Shown here piece after piece: positions 1-8,000 of a stretch of DNA of 11,785 nt. Origin of the DNA: a virus. Taxonomy: Duplodnaviria; Heunggongvirae; Uroviricota; Caudoviricetes. A program made the position numbers and the translations under genes. The stretch's first letter is position 1; every line of letters begins with the position of its first letter. The DNA is taken from the IMG/VR virus record IMGVR_UViG_2695420482_000004, one strand, 5' to 3'. The notes beneath the pieces are model-generated. The model made no database searches. It was not told where the DNA came from and saw nothing but the letters and a program-made list of their open reading frames with translations.

Positions 1-106
<106 letters not shown>

Positions 107-237
107 GAGTCGGAATGAAGCCAGGGCATTTGAGGATATGAACCCGGTTGACGGTCTGGATGAAATGCTGGTCAGCGTAAATGCAGCAAATCCGTTGAAT
201 AACTTTAAAGATACGAAAGGCAAAGAGGAAAAGAACG

Positions 238-837
238 ATGAATGACCGTGAAACGCGCTGTTACAGCGGGGAGGTGCGGGCGGAACAATATGATAATGCC
301 CCGACCCACATTCTGGGGTATGGCTCGGTATTTAACAGTCGTTCAGAACCTCTGTGGGGATTTCGTGAAATCATCAAGCCGGGGGCTTTTGATGATGTAC
401 TGAATGATGATGTACGTGGCTTGTTTAATCATGATCCTAATTTCATTCTCGGACGAAGTTCTGCCGGCACGTTGTCATTGTCGGTGGATGAACGCGGTTT
501 ACGTTATGACATTGTTGCACCGGATACTCCGACTATTTGTGACCTGGTGCTGTCTCCAATGTTGCGTGGTGACATTAATCAGTCCTCGTTCGCGTTTCGT
601 GTCGCCCGTGACGGAGAGAGCTGGTATGAAGACGACGAGGGGATTGTTATCCGGGAAATCACGCGCATTTCTCGTCTGTATGACGTCAGCCCGGTGACAT
701 ATCCGGCCTATCAGGACGCAGACTCTGGTGTCCGCTCAATGAAAGCCTGGCAGGAAGCGCGGGCGAGTGGTGCGCTGAAGAAAGCTGTTAACGAACGAAT
801 GGCGCGTGAGCGTCTTTTGACCCTTCTTAATGCATAA
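238..837 (+). CDS. Prohead maturation protease, HK97 family (peptidase S78-like)
   Basis: 199-aa ORF with ATG start preceded by AGAGGA about 8 nt upstream. The frame is closed by TGA at 196-198, so 238 is the first possible start. Protein carries the conserved His-containing block (GLFNHDPNFILGRS) typical of HK97 gp4-type proteases, and sits immediately 5' of the major capsid gene. Family assignment is from motif recall, not a search. Confidence 0.85.
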   Translation: MNDRETRCYSGEVRAEQYDNAPTHILGYGSVFNSRSEPLWGFREIIKPGAFDDVLNDDVRGLFNHDPNFILGRSSAGTLSLSVDERGLRYDIVAPDTPTICDLVLSPMLRGDINQSSFAFRVARDGESWYEDDEGIVIREITRISRLYDVSPVTYPAYQDADSGVRSMKAWQEARASGALKKAVNERMARERLLTLLNA

Positions 838-851
838 GGATACTACTGACG

Positions 852-2069
852 ATGAAACTTCATGAGATGAAGCAAAAACGAAACACCATTGCAAAGGATA
901 TGCGTGCACTGCATGAAAAAATTGGTGATAACGCATGGACTGATGAGCAACGGGCAGAGTGGAACAGGGCGAAAGCTGAGCTGGATGCGCTGGATGAGCA
1001 AATCGCCCGTGAAGAAGAGTTGCGCCGTCAGGATCAGGCATATGTGGATGAGTCCGGGCCGGAAGAGCGCCAGAATAATGAGGCGGAGAACGGGAAAAAG
1101 GCGGTGGAAGAGAAGCGTGCTGCGGCATTTAACCGTTTTCTGCGTGCCGGATTTGCAGAACTGAATGCTGAAGAGCGTAATCTGATGCGTGAACTGCGGG
1201 CTCAGAGTGTAACAACGGATTCTCAGGGCGGATATACGGTGCCCACGCAGATGCGTAACAAAATCATTGACACCATGAAGGCTTATGGCGGGATTGCCAG
1301 TGTGGCGCAACTTCTGACCACATCAACCGGGCAGGATATCACCTGGTCAACGTCTGATGGCACGACTGAAGAGGGCGAACTGCTGGCGGAAAATACAGCC
1401 GCAACGGAACAGGATGTGACGTTCGGGACCGCTATTCTGGGGGCTAAAAAGCTGTCATCAAAAATAATTCGTGTGTCCAATGAGCTGCTCCAGGACAGTG
1501 GGGTGGATATTGAATCTTATCTGGCAAACCGTATTGCCCAGCGTATTGGTCGTGGAGAGGCAAAATATCTGGTTCAGGGGACCGGAACGGGATCACCGTT
1601 ACAGCCAAAAGGGCTGGCAGCGTCGGTGACGGGAACCATCCAGACTGCAGCCTCTGCCGCTTTCACCTGGAAAGAAATGAATGCCCTGAAACATGCCATT
1701 GATCCGGCATATCGTGGTGGGCCGAAATACCGCTGGGCATTCAATGATGCCACATTGCAGACTATTGAAGAGATGGAGGATGGACAGAAACGCCCGTTAT
1801 GGCTGCCGGATATTGCAGGCGGTACGCCGGCTACTGTGCTGGGGATCCCTTATGTTATTGATCAGGCTATTGACGGGATTGGTACCGGAAAAAAATTCAT
1901 TTTCCTGGGGGATTTCAACCGCTTTATCATTCGCCGCGTTACTTATATGGAACTGAAACGTCTGGTTGAGCGTTATGCTGAGTTTGATCAGGTGGCATTT
2001 CTGGCTTTCCATCGTTTTGACTGTGTGCTGGAAGATGTGGCAGCCATCAAGGCGCTCACTGGCAAATAA
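852..2069 (+). CDS. Major capsid protein, HK97 fold, with N-terminal delta (scaffolding) domain
   Basis: 405-aa ORF. Residues 1-120 are charged, K/E/R-rich and coiled-coil-like (delta domain), followed by the GGYTVP motif typical of the mature HK97-fold start. Position directly after the protease matches HK97-type head modules. The nearest upstream AGGA is about 11 nt from the ATG. Confidence 0.9.
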   Translation: MKLHEMKQKRNTIAKDMRALHEKIGDNAWTDEQRAEWNRAKAELDALDEQIAREEELRRQDQAYVDESGPEERQNNEAENGKKAVEEKRAAAFNRFLRAGFAELNAEERNLMRELRAQSVTTDSQGGYTVPTQMRNKIIDTMKAYGGIASVAQLLTTSTGQDITWSTSDGTTEEGELLAENTAATEQDVTFGTAILGAKKLSSKIIRVSNELLQDSGVDIESYLANRIAQRIGRGEAKYLVQGTGTGSPLQPKGLAASVTGTIQTAASAAFTWKEMNALKHAIDPAYRGGPKYRWAFNDATLQTIEEMEDGQKRPLWLPDIAGGTPATVLGIPYVIDQAIDGIGTGKKFIFLGDFNRFIIRRVTYMELKRLVERYAEFDQVAFLAFHRFDCVLEDVAAIKALTGK

Positions 2070-2090
2070 CCACTCGTTGTTCAGTTACAG

Positions 2091-2112
2091 ACCGCGCCGA
2101 CGCGGTTTTTTT
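2091..2112 (+). terminator. Intrinsic terminator-like hairpin plus T7 tract after the major capsid gene
   Basis: ACCGCG (2091-2096), loop CCGA, CGCGGT (2101-2106), then seven T (2106-2112), 22 nt after the capsid stop. A second 6-bp GC hairpin (GCCCGC 2115-2120 / GCGGGC 2129-2134) lies directly before the connector RBS. Confidence 0.55.
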
Positions 2113-2145
2113 ATGCCCGCACAGTGTTGCGGGCAGGAGTTTCTG

Positions 2146-2463
2146 ATGGCAGCAATAGTGGAAAAACTCAGGGCGCAGTGCCGTATTGATACAGATGATG
2201 CAACTGATGATGAGTTACTGATGCTGTATTTCCGGGCTGCCTGCCGCAAGGCAGAAAATTTTATCAACCGTAAGCTTTATGAGGAGACGGTGCCGGAAGG
2301 TGATCCTGAAGGGGTGCTTATAGCTGATGATGTTTTGCTGGCGCTCATGTTGCTGGTCGGGCACTGGTACGAAAACCGGGAAAATTCCTCAGATGTCAGC
2401 AAGGCACCAGTCCCGTTTGGTTTTTCTTCTCTGCTGGAGCCTTATCGTTTTATTCCTTTGTAG
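2146..2463 (+). CDS. Head-tail connector protein (HK97 gp6-like)
   Basis: Start chosen at ATG 2146 with AGGAG at 2135-2139 (6-nt spacer). The longer ORF from 1966 overlaps the capsid gene and the terminator, and the in-frame ATG at 2113 sits in the T-tract with no RBS. 105-aa acidic protein with the LLxLYxxAA / WYENRE pattern typical of gp6-like connectors. Confidence 0.7.
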   Translation: MAAIVEKLRAQCRIDTDDATDDELLMLYFRAACRKAENFINRKLYEETVPEGDPEGVLIADDVLLALMLLVGHWYENRENSSDVSKAPVPFGFSSLLEPYRFIPL

Positions 2464-2471
2464 GAGGAGGC

Positions 2472-2810
2472 ATGCAGGCGGGCAGATTACGTGATCGCGT
2501 AATTATTCTGAATGTCACCACCGCCCGCTCTCCGTCAGGGCATCCGGTGGAGACGGTGACGGAGGGAGCTACCGTATGGGCAGAAGTTAAGGGTATCAGC
2601 GGGAGGGAGATAATCTCAGGCGGAGCAGAAACCGCTCAGGCTACGGTCAGAGTCTGGATGAGATTCCGGCGAGATGTAACAGCAACTTCATGTCTAAAAG
2701 TGCTGACCGGTGCATTTAAAGGGGCCATTCTGGGTATAGAAGGTCCACCAATACCGGATGCACGCGCTACCCGGCTTGAAATACTCTGCAGCCTGAAGGG
2801 GAATGTGTGA
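2472..2810 (+). CDS. Head closure / head-tail joining protein
   Basis: 112-aa ORF with a strong RBS (AGGAGGAGG at 2462-2470) before ATG 2472. Size, position (second gene after capsid) and pattern (RxRVxI...VWAEV...GRE...VRVWMRFRRDV) fit the head-tail joining family. Confidence 0.7.
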   Translation: MQAGRLRDRVIILNVTTARSPSGHPVETVTEGATVWAEVKGISGREIISGGAETAQATVRVWMRFRRDVTATSCLKVLTGAFKGAILGIEGPPIPDARATRLEILCSLKGNV

Positions 2811-3256
2811 TGGATTTCAGTCTTGATTTTTCTGGCCTGGCGGATATTGCACGGGATTTGGAGACGCTCAGCAGGGCAGAAAACAATAAGGTTCTGCGCG
2901 ATGCCACCCGTGCCGGTGCTGAAGTTATGCGGGATGCAGTTGTTGAACGTGCGCCAGAGCGAACCGGGAAACTGAAGAAAAATGTGGTTGTTCTCACTCA
3001 GCGTTCAAAGCGTCGGGGGGAAATTATCTCGGGTGTCCACATTCGCGGACGGAACCTGCGAACCGGAAACAGTGATAACAGCATGAAAGCCAGCGATCCC
3101 CGAAATGCATTTTACTGGCGCTTTGTGGAGCTGGGAACGATAAACATGCCCGCGCATCCATTCATTCGCCCGGCTTTCGATACGACAGAGGAGCTGGCGG
3201 CGCAGGTTGCCATACAGCGAATGAATCAGGCTATTGATGAGGTCTTAAGTAAATGA
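2810..3256 (+). CDS. HK97 gp10-like tail component protein
   Basis: ORF opens at GTG 2807 and ATG 2810. The ATG overlaps the upstream stop (TGATG), suggesting translational coupling. About 148 aa with the ERAPERTGKLKK motif characteristic of the HK97 gp10 family. Start could be 2807 or 2810. Confidence 0.65.
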   Translation: MDFSLDFSGLADIARDLETLSRAENNKVLRDATRAGAEVMRDAVVERAPERTGKLKKNVVVLTQRSKRRGEIISGVHIRGRNLRTGNSDNSMKASDPRNAFYWRFVELGTINMPAHPFIRPAFDTTEELAAQVAIQRMNQAIDEVLSK

Positions 3257-3597
3257 GGGAGGCCACACTGTATTCCCTGTTGTCTCAGCTGGCCGGAGGA
3301 CAGGTTTATCCTTATGTGGTCCCGCTGACGGAGGGAAAGCCTGCGGTATCTCCGCCGTGGCTGGTGTTTTCTGTGGTGTCTGACACGGTATCTGATGTGC
3401 TTGATGGGCAGGCTGAATCCAGAATTACCGTGCAGATCGATGTCTGGGCGACAGTACCTGATGACGCAGATAATATTCGTGAGCAGGCGCTTGATGCGGT
3501 AAGAAAACTGGCACCCTCCGTTATTTCTAAAACGCAGGGTTATGATCCTGACTCCCGTCTGAGCAGAGCCACGCTTGAATTCCAGGTAATAGCCTGA
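3253..3597 (+). CDS. Tail completion / tail terminator-like protein (DUF3168-like)
   Basis: 114-aa ORF whose ATG overlaps the upstream stop (ATGA at 3253-3256). Last small gene before the major tail protein, which is the usual place for the tail terminator/completion protein. Family call is by position and composition only. Confidence 0.55.
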   Translation: MREATLYSLLSQLAGGQVYPYVVPLTEGKPAVSPPWLVFSVVSDTVSDVLDGQAESRITVQIDVWATVPDDADNIREQALDAVRKLAPSVISKTQGYDPDSRLSRATLEFQVIA

Positions 3598-3617
3598 GGT
3601 CATTAATGATTTTACCC

Positions 3618-3645
3618 ACCCGCCGCTGGCGGGTTTTTTTATTTT
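3618..3645 (+). terminator. Intrinsic terminator-like hairpin plus T-tract upstream of the major tail protein gene
   Basis: ACCCGCC (3618-3624), loop GCT, GGCGGGT (3628-3634), then T7 (3634-3640) and ATTTT. It is followed by AGGAG (3647-3651) and ATG 3658. Confidence 0.5.
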
Positions 3646-3657
3646 CAGGAGACGAGT

Positions 3658-4362
3658 ATGTCCTCTAATTTTGAGCGTTCGCAACTGACGAAAATTATGA
3701 TTTCGTCTGCACCGGTAACAGCAGAAACCCTGGATTCTGCCAGCTATCTTGGCCTGAGCTGTACAATCAAAGAGGTGCAGTTTACCGCAGGACAAAAGCA
3801 GGATATTGATGTCACCACGCTGTGTTCTGTTGAGCAGGAAAATATTAACGGTCTTGGGGCTGCTTCAGAGATTTCCATGTCAGGCAACTTTTATCTGAAT
3901 GCTGCCCAGAACGCGTTGCGCAGTGCCTATGACAATGACACCACGTATGGCTTTAAAGTTATTTTTCCGTCAGGCAACGGATTTACCTTTATGGCAGAGG
4001 TGCGTCAGCATACCTGGTCTGCAGGAACCAATGGTGTTGTGGCTGCAACGTTTTCTCTGCGCCTGAAAGGTAAGCCTGTGCTGACGACAGAGCCGCTGAA
4101 AGTGAAGGTCGATTTAAAAAGCACGCTGCGGGTTGCTTCCGGAGCGAAACTTGAAATGGCGGTTGAGGCTGTGGGTGGTGTGCCGCCTTATTCTTATGCC
4201 TGGAAAAAAGGTGGTTCTCCTGTTTCCGGACAGACGGCGGCAACGTTCAGTAAGGCATCAGCAGCATCCGGTGATGCCGGTGCGTATACCTGCGAGATTT
4301 CTGATTCAGCGAGCCCGGTTAACAAAGTGACCTCCACTTCCTGCACTGTAACCGTCAGTTAA
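3658..4362 (+). CDS. Major tail (tube) protein with C-terminal Ig-like domain
   Basis: 234-aa ORF with AGGAG 6 nt upstream of the ATG. It is the gene immediately 5' of the G/GT chaperone pair, the canonical position of the major tail protein. The C-terminal ~85 residues (GGVPPYSYAWKKGG...AGAYTCEISD...TVTVS) look like an Ig-like (I-set-type) domain, as seen on many siphovirus tail tube proteins. Confidence 0.85.
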   Translation: MSSNFERSQLTKIMISSAPVTAETLDSASYLGLSCTIKEVQFTAGQKQDIDVTTLCSVEQENINGLGAASEISMSGNFYLNAAQNALRSAYDNDTTYGFKVIFPSGNGFTFMAEVRQHTWSAGTNGVVAATFSLRLKGKPVLTTEPLKVKVDLKSTLRVASGAKLEMAVEAVGGVPPYSYAWKKGGSPVSGQTAATFSKASAASGDAGAYTCEISDSASPVNKVTSTSCTVTVS

Positions 4363-4376
4363 TGAGGATGGATGTG

Positions 4377-4748
4377 ATGACTAAAAATATCCGTAATCTG
4401 GCACTGGCAACGATGTCGGGGTTTCGCCATAAAACCGTTGATGTGCCTGAATGGGAGGGAGCAACGGTTGTGTTACGGGAACCTTCTGCAGAAGCCTGGT
4501 TGCGCTGGCAGGAGATCGTTAAAGCAAAAGATGATGAGACACCGTTATCCGTTGCGGAGCGCGCCCGCCGAAATCTGGAGGCAGATGTTGAACTGTTCAT
4601 TGATGTTCTGTGTGATACCGGACTGCAACCCGTATTTTCAGAGGATGATCGTGAACAGGTGATTGCCGTGTATGGCCCGGTGCATGCGCGGCTTCTTCGG
4701 CAGTCTCTGGAACTGATCAGTGATGCCGGCGAGGTTAAAAAAAAGTAG
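4377..4748 (+). CDS. Tail assembly chaperone (lambda gpG analogue)
   Basis: ORF is open from ATG 4362, which overlaps the major tail protein stop (TAATG). I prefer ATG 4377 (or GTG 4374) because GAGGA at 4364-4368 gives an 8-nt spacer. It ends with KKK-stop on an A8G run that forms the slippery site, and sits between the major tail and tape measure genes. Confidence 0.75.
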   Translation: MTKNIRNLALATMSGFRHKTVDVPEWEGATVVLREPSAEAWLRWQEIVKAKDDETPLSVAERARRNLEADVELFIDVLCDTGLQPVFSEDDREQVIAVYGPVHARLLRQSLELISDAGEVKKK

Positions 4749-5050
4749 CGCTTCCGGGGATGCGTTTTCTGATGATGCTGGCGCTCAGGATGGGGCGCAC
4801 ATTGTCAGAGTTACGCCGGGAAATGTCCGCATCAGAAATCATGATGTGGGCAGAATTTGACAGGTTCAGCCCGCTGGGGGACGAACGGGCTGATTTCCGG
4901 GCTGCCCAGATTGTTTCAGCTGTTTACGGTGCGCAGGGGGTCAAAGTGTCACTGAATGATGCGCTTCTTCAGTGGGAGAAGGAGCAGACAGAAGGCGCTT
5001 CAGATCCATTTGCCGGACTGGAAAACGCGCTTTTAATAGTGTCTCAGTGA
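4377..5050 (+). CDS. Tail assembly chaperone G-T fusion (product of -1 frameshift at 4739-4745)
   Basis: Joining the G frame through the AAG codon (4743-4745) to the -1 frame from 4745 gives a fusion of about 224 aa, ending at TGA 5048-5050. The conserved G/GT arrangement upstream of the tape measure gene in siphoviruses supports this. Confidence 0.6.
4739..4745 (+). other. Programmed -1 ribosomal frameshift slippery heptamer A AAA AAG
   Basis: X XXY YYZ heptamer in the G zero frame, 1 nt before the G stop (TAG 4746-4748). The -1 frame is closed by TAA at 4736-4738 and opens exactly at the slip site, then runs to 5050. Confidence 0.65.
4745..5050 (+). CDS. T-frame segment of the GT fusion (lambda gpT-like extension); probably not independently initiated
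   Basis: The -1 frame is open from 4739. The ORF track reports it from ATG 4760 (96 aa), but there is no convincing RBS before 4760. It is best read as the frameshift extension of G. Confidence 0.5.
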   Translation, partial: VALPGMRFLMMLALRMGRTLSELRREMSASEIMMWAEFDRFSPLGDERADFRAAQIVSAVYGAQGVKVSLNDALLQWEKEQTEGASDPFAGLENALLIVSQ

Positions 5051-5058
5051 GTCAACAT

Positions 5059-5080
5059 AACCGCTTCGGCGGTTTTTTTT
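5059..5080 (+). terminator. Intrinsic terminator-like hairpin plus T8 tract between GT and the tape measure gene
   Basis: AACCGC (5059-5064), loop TTCG, GCGGTT (5069-5074), with a T8 run at 5073-5080, directly before the tape measure RBS. Confidence 0.5.
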
Positions 5081-5090
5081 CGTCCGGAGA

Positions 5091-8000
5091 ATGAGTGTGG
5101 CGACATTACGTGAACTGATTATTAAAATCTCGGCAAATTCCCGGTCATTCCAGTCAGAGATCTCCCGGGCTTCGCGTATGGGGCAGGATTACTACCGTAC
5201 CATGCAGAACGGAGGCCGGCAGTCCGCTGCTGCATCCCGTGAAATGCGGCGTGCACTGGCAGAAGTGACGGATCAGATAAATACAGCTAAATCTTCGGCA
5301 CTGAATATGGCGGGGGCATTTGCCGGGGCTTTTGCTACCGGTCATCTTATTTCTCTCGCCGATGAGTGGAATTCAGTAAATGCCCGTCTGAAGCAGGCCT
5401 CACAGTCCAGTGATGATTTTCAGGTATCACAACGTGAATTAATGGCGATCAGCCAGAGAACGGGGACGGCGTTTTCTGATAACGCCAGCCTTTTTGCCCG
5501 TTCTGCAGCTTCCATGCGGGAGTATGGTTACAGTTCTGAGGAGGTACTGAAAGTCACCGAGGCGATCTCCACGGGCCTGAAATTATCCGGTGCCAGTACA
5601 GCAGAAGCCAGTTCGGTGATCACGCAGTTCAGTCAGGCACTGGCGCAGGGAGTGCTGCGCGGTGAAGAGTTTAACTCGGTGAATGAGAGCGGTGATCGTG
5701 TTATTCGTGCGCTGGCTGCGGGAATGGGCGTTGCCCGTAAGGATCTGAAGGCCATGGCGGATAACGGAAAACTAACCGCCGATAAGGTTGTTCCTGCACT
5801 GATTAGTCAGCTTGGGGCGTTGCGTGATGAATATGCAGCAATGCCTGATACGGTTTCATCCTCTGCAACCAAAGTTGAAAACGCCTTTATGGCCTGGGTT
5901 GGTGGTGCGAACGAGGCAAGCGGAGTGACGAAGACGCTCTCCGGGGTGCTGAATGGTCTTGCAGGCAATATTGATACCGTGGCAACCGCTGCCGGTGCTC
6001 TGGTTGCCGTCGGGGTAGCCCGATATTTTGGCAATATGGCGTCTTCTGCTGGATCTGCAACTGCCGGATTAATTACTGCAGCCAGAAACGAAGTGGCTCT
6101 TGCTGAAGCGCAACTTCGGGGGACACAGATAGCAACCGCCAGGGCGCGTGCGGCGGTTTATCGTGCGCAACAGGCGGTTGTTGCTGCTCGCGGTACCGAA
6201 AGGCAGGCCGCAGCAGAAGCGAAGCTGACAGCTGCTCAGGCGTCACTTACCCGTAATATTGCGGCCAGAACAGCGGCACAGACAACGCTGAATACTGTCA
6301 CGTCAGTGGGGAGTCGTCTGTTAAGTGGTGCGCTGGGGTTGGTTGGTGGTGTGCCGGGACTCGTCATGCTGGGGGCGACGGCCTGGTACACGATGTATCA
6401 GAATCAGGAGCAGGCCAGAGAATCTGCACGCCAGTATGCCGCAACAATCGACGAAATTCGCCAGAAAACGTCGGCAATGTCGCTTCCTGAAGCGTCAGAT
6501 AATGAGGAAAAGACGCGGCAGGCACTTGATGAGCAAAACAGGTTAATTGACGAGCAGAAAAGTAAGATTAAATCCTTACAGGAAAAAATTGCTGGCTATC
6601 AGTATGTGCTGGCAAACCCGGGCTGGACAACCGATAACGGTTTTATGATTAACCACATGACGTCGGTAAAAACTGTCACAGAAGGGCTTGCAGAAGCAAC
6701 AAATCAACTGGCAGTTGAACAGTCCCGTCTCACACAAATGCAGGGCAAAGCGCAATCCATTCAGGATGTGCTTGCCGGGCTGGAGGAGCGACGGGTAGCG
6801 TTGATCCGTCAACAGGCCGCGGAACAAAACAAAGCGTATCAGTCCCTGTTGATCATGAATGGGCAGCATACCGAGTTTAATCGCCTTCTCGGGCTCGGTA
6901 ATGAATTACTTCAGCAGCGACAGGGGCTGGTGAATGTACCGTTACGGCTACCACAGGCAACCCTGGATGATAAACAGCAGACTGCACTGAATAACAGCGA
7001 GCGCGAACTGGCTCTGTCCCGCCTGAAGGGGGAAGCCCGTGAGCGTGCCCGCCTGGGTTATGCTGCGGATGATCTCGGCTTTGTGGGAGAGGCGTATCAG
7101 ACAGCCAGACAGAATTATATCAATAACTCACTGGATGCCTGGCGAAATAACCAGGCAAATAAACCCAAAGCGCATAAAAAGACCGAAGCGGAAAAAACAG
7201 AAGATATTTATAAACGGCTGATTAAACAGCAAAAAGAACAAATAGCACTGGCAGGGCAGAATACTGAACTGGCTAAGATGAAATATCAGGTCAGTCAGGG
7301 CGAATTATCAACCCTGTCAGAAGCGCAGAAAAAAACGCTTTTGCAGAATGCAGCACTCATCGACCAGAAAAAGATTCGTGAGCAGCTTGCTGCGTATGAA
7401 AGCAGCCTGGCGGACAGTAATGCCAGTGCCCGGGCATCTGACGACGCGCAGTTACTGGGATATGGTGAAGGCTCACGGATGCGTGAACGACTCCAGGAAA
7501 TGTGGAGTATCCGGCATGAGTTTGAGCAGAAAAATAACGAGCTTCTGAGACAGTATCAGGCCGGAGAAATTGAAGAAGCCCTGTGGAAACAGGAGAAAGA
7601 ACTGAATAAAAAATATCTGGAAGAGCGTCTCAGCGATCAGCAGGATTATTATGCAAAGGCCGATGCTTTACGTAATAACTGGAATGCAGGACTCCAGGAG
7701 GGGCTGACCAACTGGGCAGACAGTGCCACCGATTATGCTTCGCAGGCGGCAGATGCTGTCGTTTCCACTATGGACGGACTGGTATCAAATATTTCCGATG
7801 CACTGGCCGGAAATGTTGTGGACTGGAGAAACTGGGGGAGTTCAGTTCTCCGGGAAGTTTCAAAAATTCTGATGAATGCGGCCATTGTTAACGGACTGAA
7901 GTCACTCTCCGGTGCCGGAGGGTGGCTTGGTACGGTCGGCGGATGGATTTCGGGGGCGGTGGCAAACGCAAAAGGTGGTGTTTACACATCGGCAAATCTG

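Noticed and set aside
736-1310. Minus-strand ORFs 736..1128 (130 aa) and 843..1310 (155 aa)
   Set aside because: They lie entirely antisense to the protease and capsid genes, which have strong family signatures. Their products are low-complexity, His/Pro/Arg/Cys-rich and have no start context. They are shadow ORFs.
1966-2145. Upstream extension of the connector ORF (starts at 1966, 1975, 2035, 2113)
   Set aside because: Starts before 2069 would overlap the capsid gene in another frame, and 2113 lies inside the terminator T-tract with no RBS. ATG 2146 has AGGAG at a 6-nt spacing.
3226-3795. Minus-strand ORF of 189 aa spanning the tail completion / major tail junction
   Set aside because: It is antisense to two well-supported + strand genes and crosses the intergenic hairpin. 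The product is Arg/Cys/His-rich and looks like the reverse complement of a GC-biased coding strand rather than a real protein.
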